From the IMG/VR virus record IMGVR_UViG_3300024346_010589, positions 1-64,000 of that record: a stretch of DNA of 64,000 bases. The stretch is one strand, 5' to 3'. Positions 37,514 through 46,396 of the stretch are shown piece by piece. Each line of letters starts with the position of its first letter. Within the stretch, counting starts at the first letter, position 1. Source of the stretch: a virus. The translations under genes and the position numbers were made by a program. The notes under the pieces were generated by a model. The model ran no database searches, had not been told where the DNA came from, and saw only the letters and a list, made by a program, of their open reading frames with translations.

Positions 37514-38392
37514 TTATTTAAGTGGGTATCTGCTTAGCGCTAAATCTAGATTGTCGGCTTTATATATTATTGTTTTATTCTTATGGTGGGTAAAATCTTT
37601 TGTAGACCAATGTTCCCCTTTAACTAACTCTATCCTTGGTATATTTGAGTCGCAATAATCGCTTGAAGTTAAGCAAGTTATTCCAGAAGAGCAGCTAATG
37701 AATAAATCCACAGAATTGTACATCTCGGCATTAGACATGAATGAGCCGGAATAATGAAATAAATTTAAACCAAGCTCCAGGTCGACAGTATCCAAGTATT
37801 TGGGTTTATTTTTACCTGAAAAAATAATATTAAAACCAGTTCCTTTGTAGAATTTCAAGATCATTAAGATGCAATCTAGATTCATGAAGCTTTGCTGAGA
37901 AAGGAATTCATACTCAAGCATAATTATCGGCCTATTTGGTAATTTATCTAGAAAAGATTTTGCTTCACTCTTCTCTCTAGTGGATAACTCTACATGTGGT
38001 ATAAAATCGCAATTCCAATCCTTTATCCCGCTAGATTTATCCTTAATAATCCTAAGCAGTCGATCCTTGGGCGTTCCATCATATTCCGACCACATGTATG
38101 GAGCTGGAAAAATTATTTGACTAAAATCCTCAATATTCAATACGCCACTGTTGATTTGACCCTTAAAGAGTCGAGATAAAGGAAATGGTGGGTAGTCATT
38201 TAGGCCTTCGTTTAAAGTAAGCACCGAATCAATCTTTGAGTTGTTTTCAATAATATGCCTGTATTTTCCTTTAGTTAAGAAGGACACATGGTTGTCTTTT
38301 GATGCTTTTTTGTAGTGTGTAGCAATCGGCGTCGTGTTGAGGATGTCACCCATTCCGCCAAAATTCACAATTAATATTTTTTCACTTGACAT
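37514..38392 (-). CDS. GT9 (heptosyltransferase-like) glycosyltransferase
   Basis: KILIVNFGGMGDILNTTP, IIENNSKIDSV, DLFISCSSG. Confidence 0.7.
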   Translation of the reverse strand: MSSEKILIVNFGGMGDILNTTPIATHYKKASKDNHVSFLTKGKYRHIIENNSKIDSVLTLNEGLNDYPPFPLSRLFKGQINSGVLNIEDFSQIIFPAPYMWSEYDGTPKDRLLRIIKDKSSGIKDWNCDFIPHVELSTREKSEAKSFLDKLPNRPIIMLEYEFLSQQSFMNLDCILMILKFYKGTGFNIIFSGKNKPKYLDTVDLELGLNLFHYSGSFMSNAEMYNSVDLFISCSSGITCLTSSDYCDSNIPRIELVKGEHWSTKDFTHHKNKTIIYKADNLDLALSRYPLK

Positions 38393-38413
38393 TTTCTTAA
38401 TTTATGTTATAAT
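38386..38413 (+). promoter_or_regulatory. consensus sigma70 promoter TTGACA-16-TATAAT overlapping the start codon of the divergent gene
   Basis: Perfect hexamers with TG extension; 16 nt spacer. Confidence 0.65.
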
Positions 38414-38552
38414 GCTTCAAAAGCTTTAGCTATTGAAGCTATTCTCATGTTAATCTTATTTGTCTCACGTTAGTCTAATCAATTAGTAATTCTTACGGAG
38501 ACCTCATATCTTACGAAGACCAAGCGCGCGCGATTTTTTTCTTTATTTTTGC

Positions 38553-38581
38553 TTGACATTACTATGATTATATGTTAGTCT
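38553..38581 (+). promoter_or_regulatory. sigma70-type promoter TTGACA-17-TAGTCT for the sigma factor gene
   Basis: Read directly, 17 nt spacer, AT-rich UP region. Confidence 0.6.
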
Positions 38582-38602
38582 ATCATTTATTCTAAATAAA
38601 AA

Positions 38603-39199
38603 ATGGAAATAAACTCCTTATCCGATAATGAGCTGGTCTGCAATTTGCAGGTTGGTGTAGAGCCCGAGCAAAGCTTGGGTGAATTGGTTCAACGTCATAG
38701 TGGTATATTCATAACAATGGTGAATAATTACTCCCCCACTAGTACTTCCGGGATAGTGTCTGATAGAGTTGACCTACTAAAGGATAGGAATTACTACATA
38801 TATAAAGCGGCGCTAAAATATGATGATTCCAGAAATACTAAATTTTCAACCCATCTGGGTAATGAGACGAGGTGGTTGTGCTTAAACCTATATAATAAAA
38901 ATAAGAACTCGAAAGAAGTTCACATGGATTATGCCGACATTGGTAAAAGGTCAGAGACTCAACCTGAGGATAAAAAAGTAGACCTAGAGGTTTTAAGTAA
39001 GATCATGAATTTAATAAATAAAGATCCTGACACTAGGGTTTCAAAAATATTCAGAATGAGATACATAGAAGGGCAGAGAAACAACGTAATGCCGTGGAAT
39101 AAAATATGCAAGCCGCTAAAGCTTAGCATACAAGGATGTATAAATATCCACGACAAAGCAATCACTAAAATAAAAAGAGAACTAAAGAACGAATTATGA
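38603..39199 (+). CDS. phage-encoded sigma70-family RNA polymerase sigma factor
   Basis: LSDNELV, region 2 KAALKYDDSRNTKFSTHL, region 4 HTH IFRMRY...WNKICKPLKLSIQGCINIHDKAITKIK. Confidence 0.75.
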   Translation: MEINSLSDNELVCNLQVGVEPEQSLGELVQRHSGIFITMVNNYSPTSTSGIVSDRVDLLKDRNYYIYKAALKYDDSRNTKFSTHLGNETRWLCLNLYNKNKNSKEVHMDYADIGKRSETQPEDKKVDLEVLSKIMNLINKDPDTRVSKIFRMRYIEGQRNNVMPWNKICKPLKLSIQGCINIHDKAITKIKRELKNEL

Positions 39200-39585
39200 T
39201 AAATAAATTTATAGGAATAGGTCACCTAACAAAAGACCCAGAGACTAAATCATTCGAGAGTAGCAACACTAAGTGCTCATTTTCACTAGCAATAAACAGC
39301 TCCAAAGACGAAGTGCTATTTATGGACACCGAATGCTGGAATAAAACTGCAGATAACTGCAAGAAGTTTTTATCAAAAGGGTCTTGTGTTTACGTTGAGG
39401 GCAAAATCAAAGTCAGCAAATGGGAAGATAAGAATGGAAATTCAAGACAGAAGTTCTACCTTGGTGCTGACCTAGTAAGATTCCTACCTAGCGGAAAGAA
39501 AGAGTCAAACACTGTTGCTGTTGAAAATCCACAACCCAGCCCTACTATACAATCAATAGTAGAAGAAGAAGAAATGCCATTTTAA
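39196..39585 (+). CDS. ssb: single-stranded DNA-binding protein
   Basis: NK..IGHLTKDPE, W...A.....LSKGS.VYVEGKI, acidic tail EEEEMPF. Confidence 0.9.
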   Translation: MINKFIGIGHLTKDPETKSFESSNTKCSFSLAINSSKDEVLFMDTECWNKTADNCKKFLSKGSCVYVEGKIKVSKWEDKNGNSRQKFYLGADLVRFLPSGKKESNTVAVENPQPSPTIQSIVEEEEMPF

Positions 39586-39588
39586 ATT

Positions 39589-40674
39589 ATGAACAAAATA
39601 AACTTCAGCGGACCAATCAATTCCTTGAGTTTCGGCAACGTTACTTATAATATGCTAAAATCCCTGCACAGTAAAAGTGTAGATATATCATTCTTCCCTA
39701 TGGGTAGCTCTCTAGATTTTAGCGCTTACGATAAAGTTGACAGTGACTTCAAGTCTTGGATAGATAGTTCCTACAATAATAGATTCTCAAATCTATCAAA
39801 AGATTCTGTATCTCTAAAAATGTGGCATATAAATGGCGCCGAGTCAAGAGTTGGATCAACTCAATATTTATATACTTTCTATGAGACGGATGAACCTACA
39901 GATACTGAAACCAACATCTGCAAGATACAGGATAAATGCATCTTTAGTAGTTCTCATGCTAGAGATTGTTTCGATAAATCTGGAGTAGAGAATACTGAAT
40001 ATATCCCAATCGGATTTGACACAGACTTCTTTGAAACTAATAAGACATATTTAGAAGGAAGGATTAATTTTGGCATCGTAGGCAAGTTCGAAAAAAGAAA
40101 ACACACCGAAAGGATAATCAAACTTTGGGCAGATAGATATGGCAATAATAATGATTATCAGTTAACATGCTGCATTAATAATCCATTCTTTAAGCCCGAG
40201 CAAATGGGTCAAGTTTTAACTAAAGCTACCAATGGAAAAAGATTTAGTAATATAAACTTTTTACCTCATCTGAAGACCAACTCAGAAATGAATGAGCTCT
40301 ACAACTCTATTGACATTAACCTAAGTGGTTTAAGCGGAGCGGAAGGATGGAACCTGCCTGCATTTAATTCTACCTGCCTAGGAAAATGGAGCGTTGTATT
40401 GAATGCCACATCTCACAAAGATTGGGCCACAAAAGATAACTCAATATTAGTTGAACCAGAGGGTAAAGAAGAAATTTATGACGGAGCTTTCTTCCAAAAA
40501 GGTCAACCATTCAACCAAGGCAACCTAAATACATTCTCAGACCAATCGTTCTACAAAGCGCTAGATAAAGCTATAGATAAATATGGAGAAAGAAACGAAA
40601 AAGGTGTTGAAATAAAAGAAGTATTTACTTATGATAATACAGTTGAAAAAATCTTAAACTTAATAAACAAATGA
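39589..40674 (+). CDS. GT4-like (GT-B) glycosyltransferase
   Basis: FYET, VGKFEKRK, SGAEGWNLP motif. Confidence 0.75.
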   Translation: MNKINFSGPINSLSFGNVTYNMLKSLHSKSVDISFFPMGSSLDFSAYDKVDSDFKSWIDSSYNNRFSNLSKDSVSLKMWHINGAESRVGSTQYLYTFYETDEPTDTETNICKIQDKCIFSSSHARDCFDKSGVENTEYIPIGFDTDFFETNKTYLEGRINFGIVGKFEKRKHTERIIKLWADRYGNNNDYQLTCCINNPFFKPEQMGQVLTKATNGKRFSNINFLPHLKTNSEMNELYNSIDINLSGLSGAEGWNLPAFNSTCLGKWSVVLNATSHKDWATKDNSILVEPEGKEEIYDGAFFQKGQPFNQGNLNTFSDQSFYKALDKAIDKYGERNEKGVEIKEVFTYDNTVEKILNLINK

Positions 40675-40859
40675 ACATCAAAAAACAAGATGGTGGAGTC
40701 CTTCTTTGCTGCGGTAAAGGAAGATGCCCAGTGCTTAAAAAATCTAAAGAAAAAACAGATCACTACACCCTCACCGATGATTTCGGCGGGGAAGTATCCT
40801 TGACTCAAGAGCAACTTCTAGTTATTAAAGAAGCGCTAGAGTCGCTAAATGGCAATTGA
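40671..40859 (+). CDS. small Cys-containing hypothetical protein
   Basis: LCCGKGRCP, DDFGG; coupled to both neighbours. Confidence 0.6.
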   Translation: MNIKKQDGGVLLCCGKGRCPVLKKSKEKTDHYTLTDDFGGEVSLTQEQLLVIKEALESLNGN

Positions 40860-41145
40860 ATTAATCTCCTGTGTCGGCTTAATGTGGATCCTCAGGTATG
40901 GGTCCATATTAAGTCGTCCGAGGAATTTTATTTTTAAATATTCTAATTTATTAAAGGAATTATTTAATTGTAGTTTATGTTTAGGTTTTTGGTGTGGTTT
41001 ATTGATTGGTTTATTAATGTATTATTTTAAAGAAAGTAATATTTTATATTTGTTATTTCCTTTATGTTCTAGTGCTTGTTGTTGGTTATTTGATTCTCTA
41101 TTGGATTTAATACAATTAAGCTGTAATAAGTTAGATAAAAAATAG
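40849..41145 (+). CDS. DUF1360-like membrane protein
   Basis: ELFNCSLCLGFWCG motif and hydrophobic helices. Confidence 0.55.
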   Translation: MAIELISCVGLMWILRYGSILSRPRNFIFKYSNLLKELFNCSLCLGFWCGLLIGLLMYYFKESNILYLLFPLCSSACCWLFDSLLDLIQLSCNKLDKK

Positions 41146-41174
41146 TTGACAATATAGTAGATATCTGGTATAAT
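41146..41174 (+). promoter_or_regulatory. perfect sigma70 promoter TTGACA-17-TATAAT (near-leaderless)
   Basis: Consensus hexamers, TG extension, ATG 8 nt downstream, no SD. Confidence 0.85.
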
Positions 41175-41182
41175 CTAACACT

Positions 41183-41569
41183 ATGCCAATGTATATCTTT
41201 CAAAACCCTGAGACCGAAGAGGAAACAGAAGTGTTCTTCCACATGAATGATGAGAAGAAGTATGTAGATGAGAAAGGATTAGAATGGAAAAGAATCTTTA
41301 CGTCATCCCAATTAAACACAGAAGGTTCTATTGACCCCTGGGATAATGCTAGCTTTGTAAACTCTACTGCAAACATGAAGGGTAGTATTGGTGACATGAT
41401 GGATAAGAGCGCCGAACTTTCATCTATGCGCGCCGAAAAGAATGATGGCGTAGATCCACTAAAGAAAAAATACTTTGAAAACTACTCTAAGGAAAGAGGA
41501 GGAACAAAACATCATATGGAAAAAACTAAAACATATGAAAGTAAAAACGTTAAAATAGACTTCGATTAA
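41183..41569 (+). CDS. hypothetical with degenerate FmdB-like N-terminus
   Basis: MPMYIFQNPETEEETEVF resembles MPxYxYxCxxC without the cysteines. Confidence 0.55.
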   Translation: MPMYIFQNPETEEETEVFFHMNDEKKYVDEKGLEWKRIFTSSQLNTEGSIDPWDNASFVNSTANMKGSIGDMMDKSAELSSMRAEKNDGVDPLKKKYFENYSKERGGTKHHMEKTKTYESKNVKIDFD

Positions 41570-41571
41570 TT

Positions 41572-42141
41572 ATGAGCTTACAATTATACAAACCAAATAA
41601 ATACAACTCTGGATTCGGTTTCAGTTTCTCAATGGGTCACGACAAGAATAGCGGCGAGCCTATCTTATTTGTGTCAGCTATTATGCAGTACAGCTGGGAT
41701 GAGAAAGCTAGACGAGGAACCTTCATCAAAAACAAAGAAGACCCAGAGAAAAACATTACCTTGAAATTTAATGAGTTTGAGTGTGGCTCAATAATCAACG
41801 CAGTAAAGAATAGATTTGCATACGACACCTTCCATCAATTCGAAGGTAAAAAAACTACTATAAAATTTACTCCATGGGATAAGGAATCTAAAGTTTCTAA
41901 GTTTGACCCAAAAACAAAAAGCTACAAAGAAGAAATTCAAATACTACCAAACTTCGGATTAACAATTATCAAAAACGGAAGCAGTACATTCAAATGCTCC
42001 TTAGAAGCTGGAGAGGCAGAATGCTTATCTAGATTTCTTGAAACTATTTTAACCAGAATATACAACTTTCGCATAGAGAAAAATATTGAGTCATTTTCTA
42101 AATCCAAATACTCTAACCCTGAAGAAGACTGCCCGATTTAA
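41572..42141 (+). CDS. hypothetical protein
   Basis: 189 aa ORF in the early block. Confidence 0.65.
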   Translation: MSLQLYKPNKYNSGFGFSFSMGHDKNSGEPILFVSAIMQYSWDEKARRGTFIKNKEDPEKNITLKFNEFECGSIINAVKNRFAYDTFHQFEGKKTTIKFTPWDKESKVSKFDPKTKSYKEEIQILPNFGLTIIKNGSSTFKCSLEAGEAECLSRFLETILTRIYNFRIEKNIESFSKSKYSNPEEDCPI

Positions 42142-44048
42142 TGAAGAAGATATTATTTCATAGCAATCACAGTAAAGCATTTACTGGCTTCGGAAAGAAT
42201 TGCAAGAACGTATTATCCTACCTGTATTCTACCGGAAAATATGAAATTATAGAAGCCTGCAATGGGATGCCAAAGTCTCATCCAGCTTTATCCAAGATGC
42301 CCTGGAAGTGCGTTGGCACATTGCCGGACGACCAAAGAAAACTGCAACAATTACAGAAAGATCCAAATACCGCAAGGATCGCCAGCTATGGTGGAGAAAC
42401 AATAGACGACTTAATAAAAGAATTCAAGCCTGATATATATATTGGCGCCGAAGACATTTGGGGCTTTAATGGATACTGGAAAAGGAAATGGTGGGACAAG
42501 ATAAACTCCATCATATGGACGACATTAGACTCTGAACCTATATTGCCACTAGCGCTTGAAGCTGCTCCATTTGTTAAAAACTTTTATGTTTGGGCTAGTT
42601 TTGCTGAAAGAGAATTAAATAAACTAGGACACGAACACGTTAAAACCCTAAGAGGCGTAGTCAAGACAGAGAGCTTCTTTAAAATTCCAACCAAACACAA
42701 AGAACATTTAAGAAAAAAATTCCTAATAGACTCAAATTCTTTTGTAATTGGCTTTGTTTTCAGAAACCAACTAAGAAAGAGTGTGCCTAATTTAATGGAT
42801 GGGTTCTCGTCATTCCTTAGGGATAATCCTGACTCAAACGCCAAACTATTACTCCACACGCACTGGGGCGAAGGCTGGGATATAGTCAGGTTGATAAAGG
42901 AAAAGGGTATAGAGAACTCAAGAATACTCACAACGTATTATTGCAAGAAATGCAAGCAGTACGAAATTAAACCATTCTCAGGCCAAGAACTTGATTGCAA
43001 ATACTGCAGATCCAAAAAAAGCCAAAACACCACAAACGTACAGGCTGGGGTTTCTGAAAATCAACTGAATGAAATATACAACCTAATGGATGTATACTGT
43101 CATCCGTTCACTTCCGGCGGTCAAGAAATACCAATTCAAGAAGCTAAGCTTACCGAGCTTGTAACCCTTGTCACAAACTATAGCTGCGGCGAGGACACCT
43201 CAACTACAGAGAGCGGATCCTTCCCGCTTGAGTGGGCTGAATACAGGGAGCCTGGAACTCAATTTATAAAAGCTAGCACCTATCCATCCAGCATCGCCAA
43301 GCAGTTGACAAAAGTTTTCAAAATGAAAGCCAACAAGAAGGCTAAGATGGGCAAAACTGGAAGAAAGTTCGTTATAGATAATTTCTCCCCAGAAGTAATA
43401 GGCGCCCAACTAGAAGATATATTTGATTCAATGCCTGACCATAATTTTGATTTCGACTTCAAGGATAAGCCAAGAAATCCTAATTACATCCCACGAAATA
43501 TAACTTGCGACTCAGAATGGTTGGTTGACATTTATAAAAATATCCTAATCATGGACGTGGATGCAAAGACTGACGAAGGCCACAAGTACTGGATGGGTGA
43601 AATCTCAAAAGGGAAAACAAGAGACGAAGTTCTTCAATTCTTTAAAGATGTTGCCAATAAAGAAAATTCTTCAATTCCATCTTCTTTTGATTTTGAGAAA
43701 TTTCTTGACGACGAAGGCGCAGAGAACAGGATTGCTGTAGTTATGCCTGGAAGCGGCGGCGATGTATTGTGGGTTAATTCACTGATATCTAATCTAAAGT
43801 CTCTCTATCCATCCCATAATATATATTTTATAACAGACCCAAAGTTTTATCCCTTTATTGAAGACAATCCTTGCGTGCATAAATTAATACCATATAGTGA
43901 TCGGATCGATTCCTTGACCTTCCTGGAGGGTGTGGGCGAACACAAAGGATACTTTGACGTAGCCTACCTTCCCCATATCGGAACTCAAAAAATATATAAC
44001 TATATACACAACGGCAGAGACAAAAGTCAACTAGATTTATTGCCATGA
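42141..44048 (+). CDS. multidomain glycosyltransferase: GT4 with Zn ribbon, DUF4214-like segment and GT9 N-terminal half
   Basis: TGFG, FRNQLRK, CKKC...CKYC, SGGQEIPIQEA; then IAVVMPGSGGDVL...FIEDNPCVHKLI. Confidence 0.75.
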   Translation: MKKILFHSNHSKAFTGFGKNCKNVLSYLYSTGKYEIIEACNGMPKSHPALSKMPWKCVGTLPDDQRKLQQLQKDPNTARIASYGGETIDDLIKEFKPDIYIGAEDIWGFNGYWKRKWWDKINSIIWTTLDSEPILPLALEAAPFVKNFYVWASFAERELNKLGHEHVKTLRGVVKTESFFKIPTKHKEHLRKKFLIDSNSFVIGFVFRNQLRKSVPNLMDGFSSFLRDNPDSNAKLLLHTHWGEGWDIVRLIKEKGIENSRILTTYYCKKCKQYEIKPFSGQELDCKYCRSKKSQNTTNVQAGVSENQLNEIYNLMDVYCHPFTSGGQEIPIQEAKLTELVTLVTNYSCGEDTSTTESGSFPLEWAEYREPGTQFIKASTYPSSIAKQLTKVFKMKANKKAKMGKTGRKFVIDNFSPEVIGAQLEDIFDSMPDHNFDFDFKDKPRNPNYIPRNITCDSEWLVDIYKNILIMDVDAKTDEGHKYWMGEISKGKTRDEVLQFFKDVANKENSSIPSSFDFEKFLDDEGAENRIAVVMPGSGGDVLWVNSLISNLKSLYPSHNIYFITDPKFYPFIEDNPCVHKLIPYSDRIDSLTFLEGVGEHKGYFDVAYLPHIGTQKIYNYIHNGRDKSQLDLLP

Positions 44049-44452
44049 ACCCAAAGGATGAAAGCATCTTATCAGTGCCTATATCAGTAGGTGAATTGTT
44101 TGATAGAATTTCTGTATTAGAAGTTAAAAGAATAAAGATTAACGATCCAGAAAAGCTTTCTCACGTGAATAATGAATACGAATTACTACTCCCCCTATGC
44201 GAGGAACGTATTTCAATAAAACCAGAACTAAAGTCATTACTCTCAGATATAACAGACGTCAACGAAAACCTATGGGACATACTAGAGCACCAAAGAAATA
44301 AAGAAAAGAATAAAGAATTAGATCAAGAGTTTATAAACATATCTATATCAGTATACAGAGAGAATGATAAAAGATTTAATATTAAAAATGAAATTAATAA
44401 TTTAACTAATTCAAAAATTAAAGAACAAAAATATTATACCGCAGAAAAATGA
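44045..44452 (+). CDS. DUF6165-like protein
   Basis: VPISVGELFDRISVLEVK...VN..LWD.....R......F......VY..ND.RF.IK.EIN....S.IKEQK.Y. Confidence 0.65.
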   Translation: MNPKDESILSVPISVGELFDRISVLEVKRIKINDPEKLSHVNNEYELLLPLCEERISIKPELKSLLSDITDVNENLWDILEHQRNKEKNKELDQEFINISISVYRENDKRFNIKNEINNLTNSKIKEQKYYTAEK

Positions 44453-45639
44453 GTCATATCGCTGAAGAATACGCAAAATCACTTGGTGTTAAAATAGGTC
44501 AACCTGAAATCATTGGTCACTTCTACCCAATACCTTCTGAGAAATTTATAACGTTCCACACTAACAACACTAAATCTCCAGCAAGACATTATGATTATTG
44601 GGCCGTAACTATACAAATGATTAAACCCTTCTTAAAAAAAGAAGGAATAGATATAATACAAATAGGCGGAAAAGATGATGTCGTACTAAATGATTGCGAT
44701 TTTAATTTACTAAATTGTTCATTCAAACAAATGACCTACGTATCCAGTAAGTCGTTACTGCATTTTGGTATAGATAGTCTTCCCGTCCATATAGCGAGCT
44801 GCTTTGATAAAAAAATAGTATGCCTCTACTCGAACCTTTTCCCAGAATGCTCTGGTCCAATATGGAATAAGAAATCACAAGTAAAATTAATTTCTCCTGA
44901 TTTTTCCGAGATAAAACCATCTCTCTCAAACCATGAATCTGTAAAAAGAGTAAACGAAGTTAAGCCTGAAGAAATAGGTTGCGCAGTTTTAGATTTATTA
45001 AATATCAAGCATGATTTAAATAACCTATATACATTAAATATAGGCAGGCATTTCCATAGTCGTGTAGTTGAGGCCGTGCCAAACACTATTGCGCCAGAAG
45101 GATTCAAACAGTCGTCCTTGATTAATTTAAGGTGTGACTATGGGGCGAATAACGAAGGACTTTCTTCTTGGCTAAACTACAGGTCTAATTTAATGACTTC
45201 AACAAAGATTACATTGGATCACATCAACAAATCCAATATCGTTGCGATGACTTTATTCCTGGAGGATGGAAACTTCGACAAAGAGTATCTAAATTATTTA
45301 AACTCTCTGGGTGTTAAATACTCCTTAATATGCAGGGACTCATCCAAACTATCAGAACTTAGATTCAAGTTCTTTGATTGGACTGTTGAGGAATACAAAC
45401 TGACCCTAAAAAAAGATCTTGACTTCTGTGAAGAAATATGTGATAATACGTTCTATGAAAGCAATAAAGTACTTATATGCGATAGTAAAGAATACGCAAG
45501 CAAAGCGCACTGGAAAGCTGGAATTACAAACAATAAAGAAAAATCAAAAATCATCGACACTGATGACTTTTGGGAAGAAGTAGAACATTTCAACATATAT
45601 AATCATGGTAAAAGCAAAAAAAATCGAAACAGAGTCTGA
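44449..45639 (+). CDS. GT9 C-terminal-half glycosyltransferase with extra domain
   Basis: Starts at SHIAEEYA..LG, then FITFH, IIQIGG, HFGIDSLPVHIAS..DKKIVCLY. Confidence 0.65.
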   Translation: MSHIAEEYAKSLGVKIGQPEIIGHFYPIPSEKFITFHTNNTKSPARHYDYWAVTIQMIKPFLKKEGIDIIQIGGKDDVVLNDCDFNLLNCSFKQMTYVSSKSLLHFGIDSLPVHIASCFDKKIVCLYSNLFPECSGPIWNKKSQVKLISPDFSEIKPSLSNHESVKRVNEVKPEEIGCAVLDLLNIKHDLNNLYTLNIGRHFHSRVVEAVPNTIAPEGFKQSSLINLRCDYGANNEGLSSWLNYRSNLMTSTKITLDHINKSNIVAMTLFLEDGNFDKEYLNYLNSLGVKYSLICRDSSKLSELRFKFFDWTVEEYKLTLKKDLDFCEEICDNTFYESNKVLICDSKEYASKAHWKAGITNNKEKSKIIDTDDFWEEVEHFNIYNHGKSKKNRNRV

Positions 45640-46396
45640 GATAGACAACTCCATAGGGCCTTCGTTATTCAACAGGGACGAAAACGGTTTACTAAAAAAC
45701 ATACAATACGTCTTTAACGAAGATGGCTCCGTTAACTGGAGAGCGATGATAAAAGAAGAACATTTATTCCCAAACAAACTTTGGTTTCAGGCTAGAAATA
45801 AAGACATGCCAAGATCAATAGAAGGTTTAAAAGATAACCAACTTTTAATAAAACTTAGCGGAATCAAAGAGCTTGCCAGGCTAAGGGGGTTCTCAAGCAT
45901 ATCCTACTCTATGGATAAGTGTGAAGATGATCATGTTGCAGTTACTTGTAGTACTGTTTTTATACCCAATTACGAAACAGGAAACGATCCAGTTTCATTT
46001 CAAGACATGGCAAATGCAAGTACAAAAAACACAAGTAGTTTTGCTACCAAATTTCTAGAGACTATAGCGTGCAACAGGTCTTTTGTCAGATGCGTTAGAA
46101 ACTTCCTAAATGTACATATTGTTGGAGACGACGAGATTGACAAATCAAACCCAAATGGACCTTCCCATCAAGATTCTTCTAAAAAAAGTGACCCATTTAG
46201 TCCTGTAACCACATTGAAGAATAGGGTGAAAAGCATTCTTTCCGTTGAATCGTTTGAAGAGTTTAAGCCTTTTATCAAAAAATGCTGGCAAGAAAAAAAA
46301 GAAGGAATCTACCAAAATAAAAATATAGAATCCTGGAAAGACTGGGACGACATCTCAGTCAAAGACGCCAAGATACTTATAAGCTTAATATCTTAA
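45605..46396 (+). CDS. Rad52/Sak-like ssDNA-annealing protein (putative)
   Basis: IKLSGIKELA...ANAS..NT......ETIACNRSFVRCVR pattern of the Rad52 superfamily; near ssb. Confidence 0.5.
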   Translation: MVKAKKIETESEIDNSIGPSLFNRDENGLLKNIQYVFNEDGSVNWRAMIKEEHLFPNKLWFQARNKDMPRSIEGLKDNQLLIKLSGIKELARLRGFSSISYSMDKCEDDHVAVTCSTVFIPNYETGNDPVSFQDMANASTKNTSSFATKFLETIACNRSFVRCVRNFLNVHIVGDDEIDKSNPNGPSHQDSSKKSDPFSPVTTLKNRVKSILSVESFEEFKPFIKKCWQEKKEGIYQNKNIESWKDWDDISVKDAKILISLIS

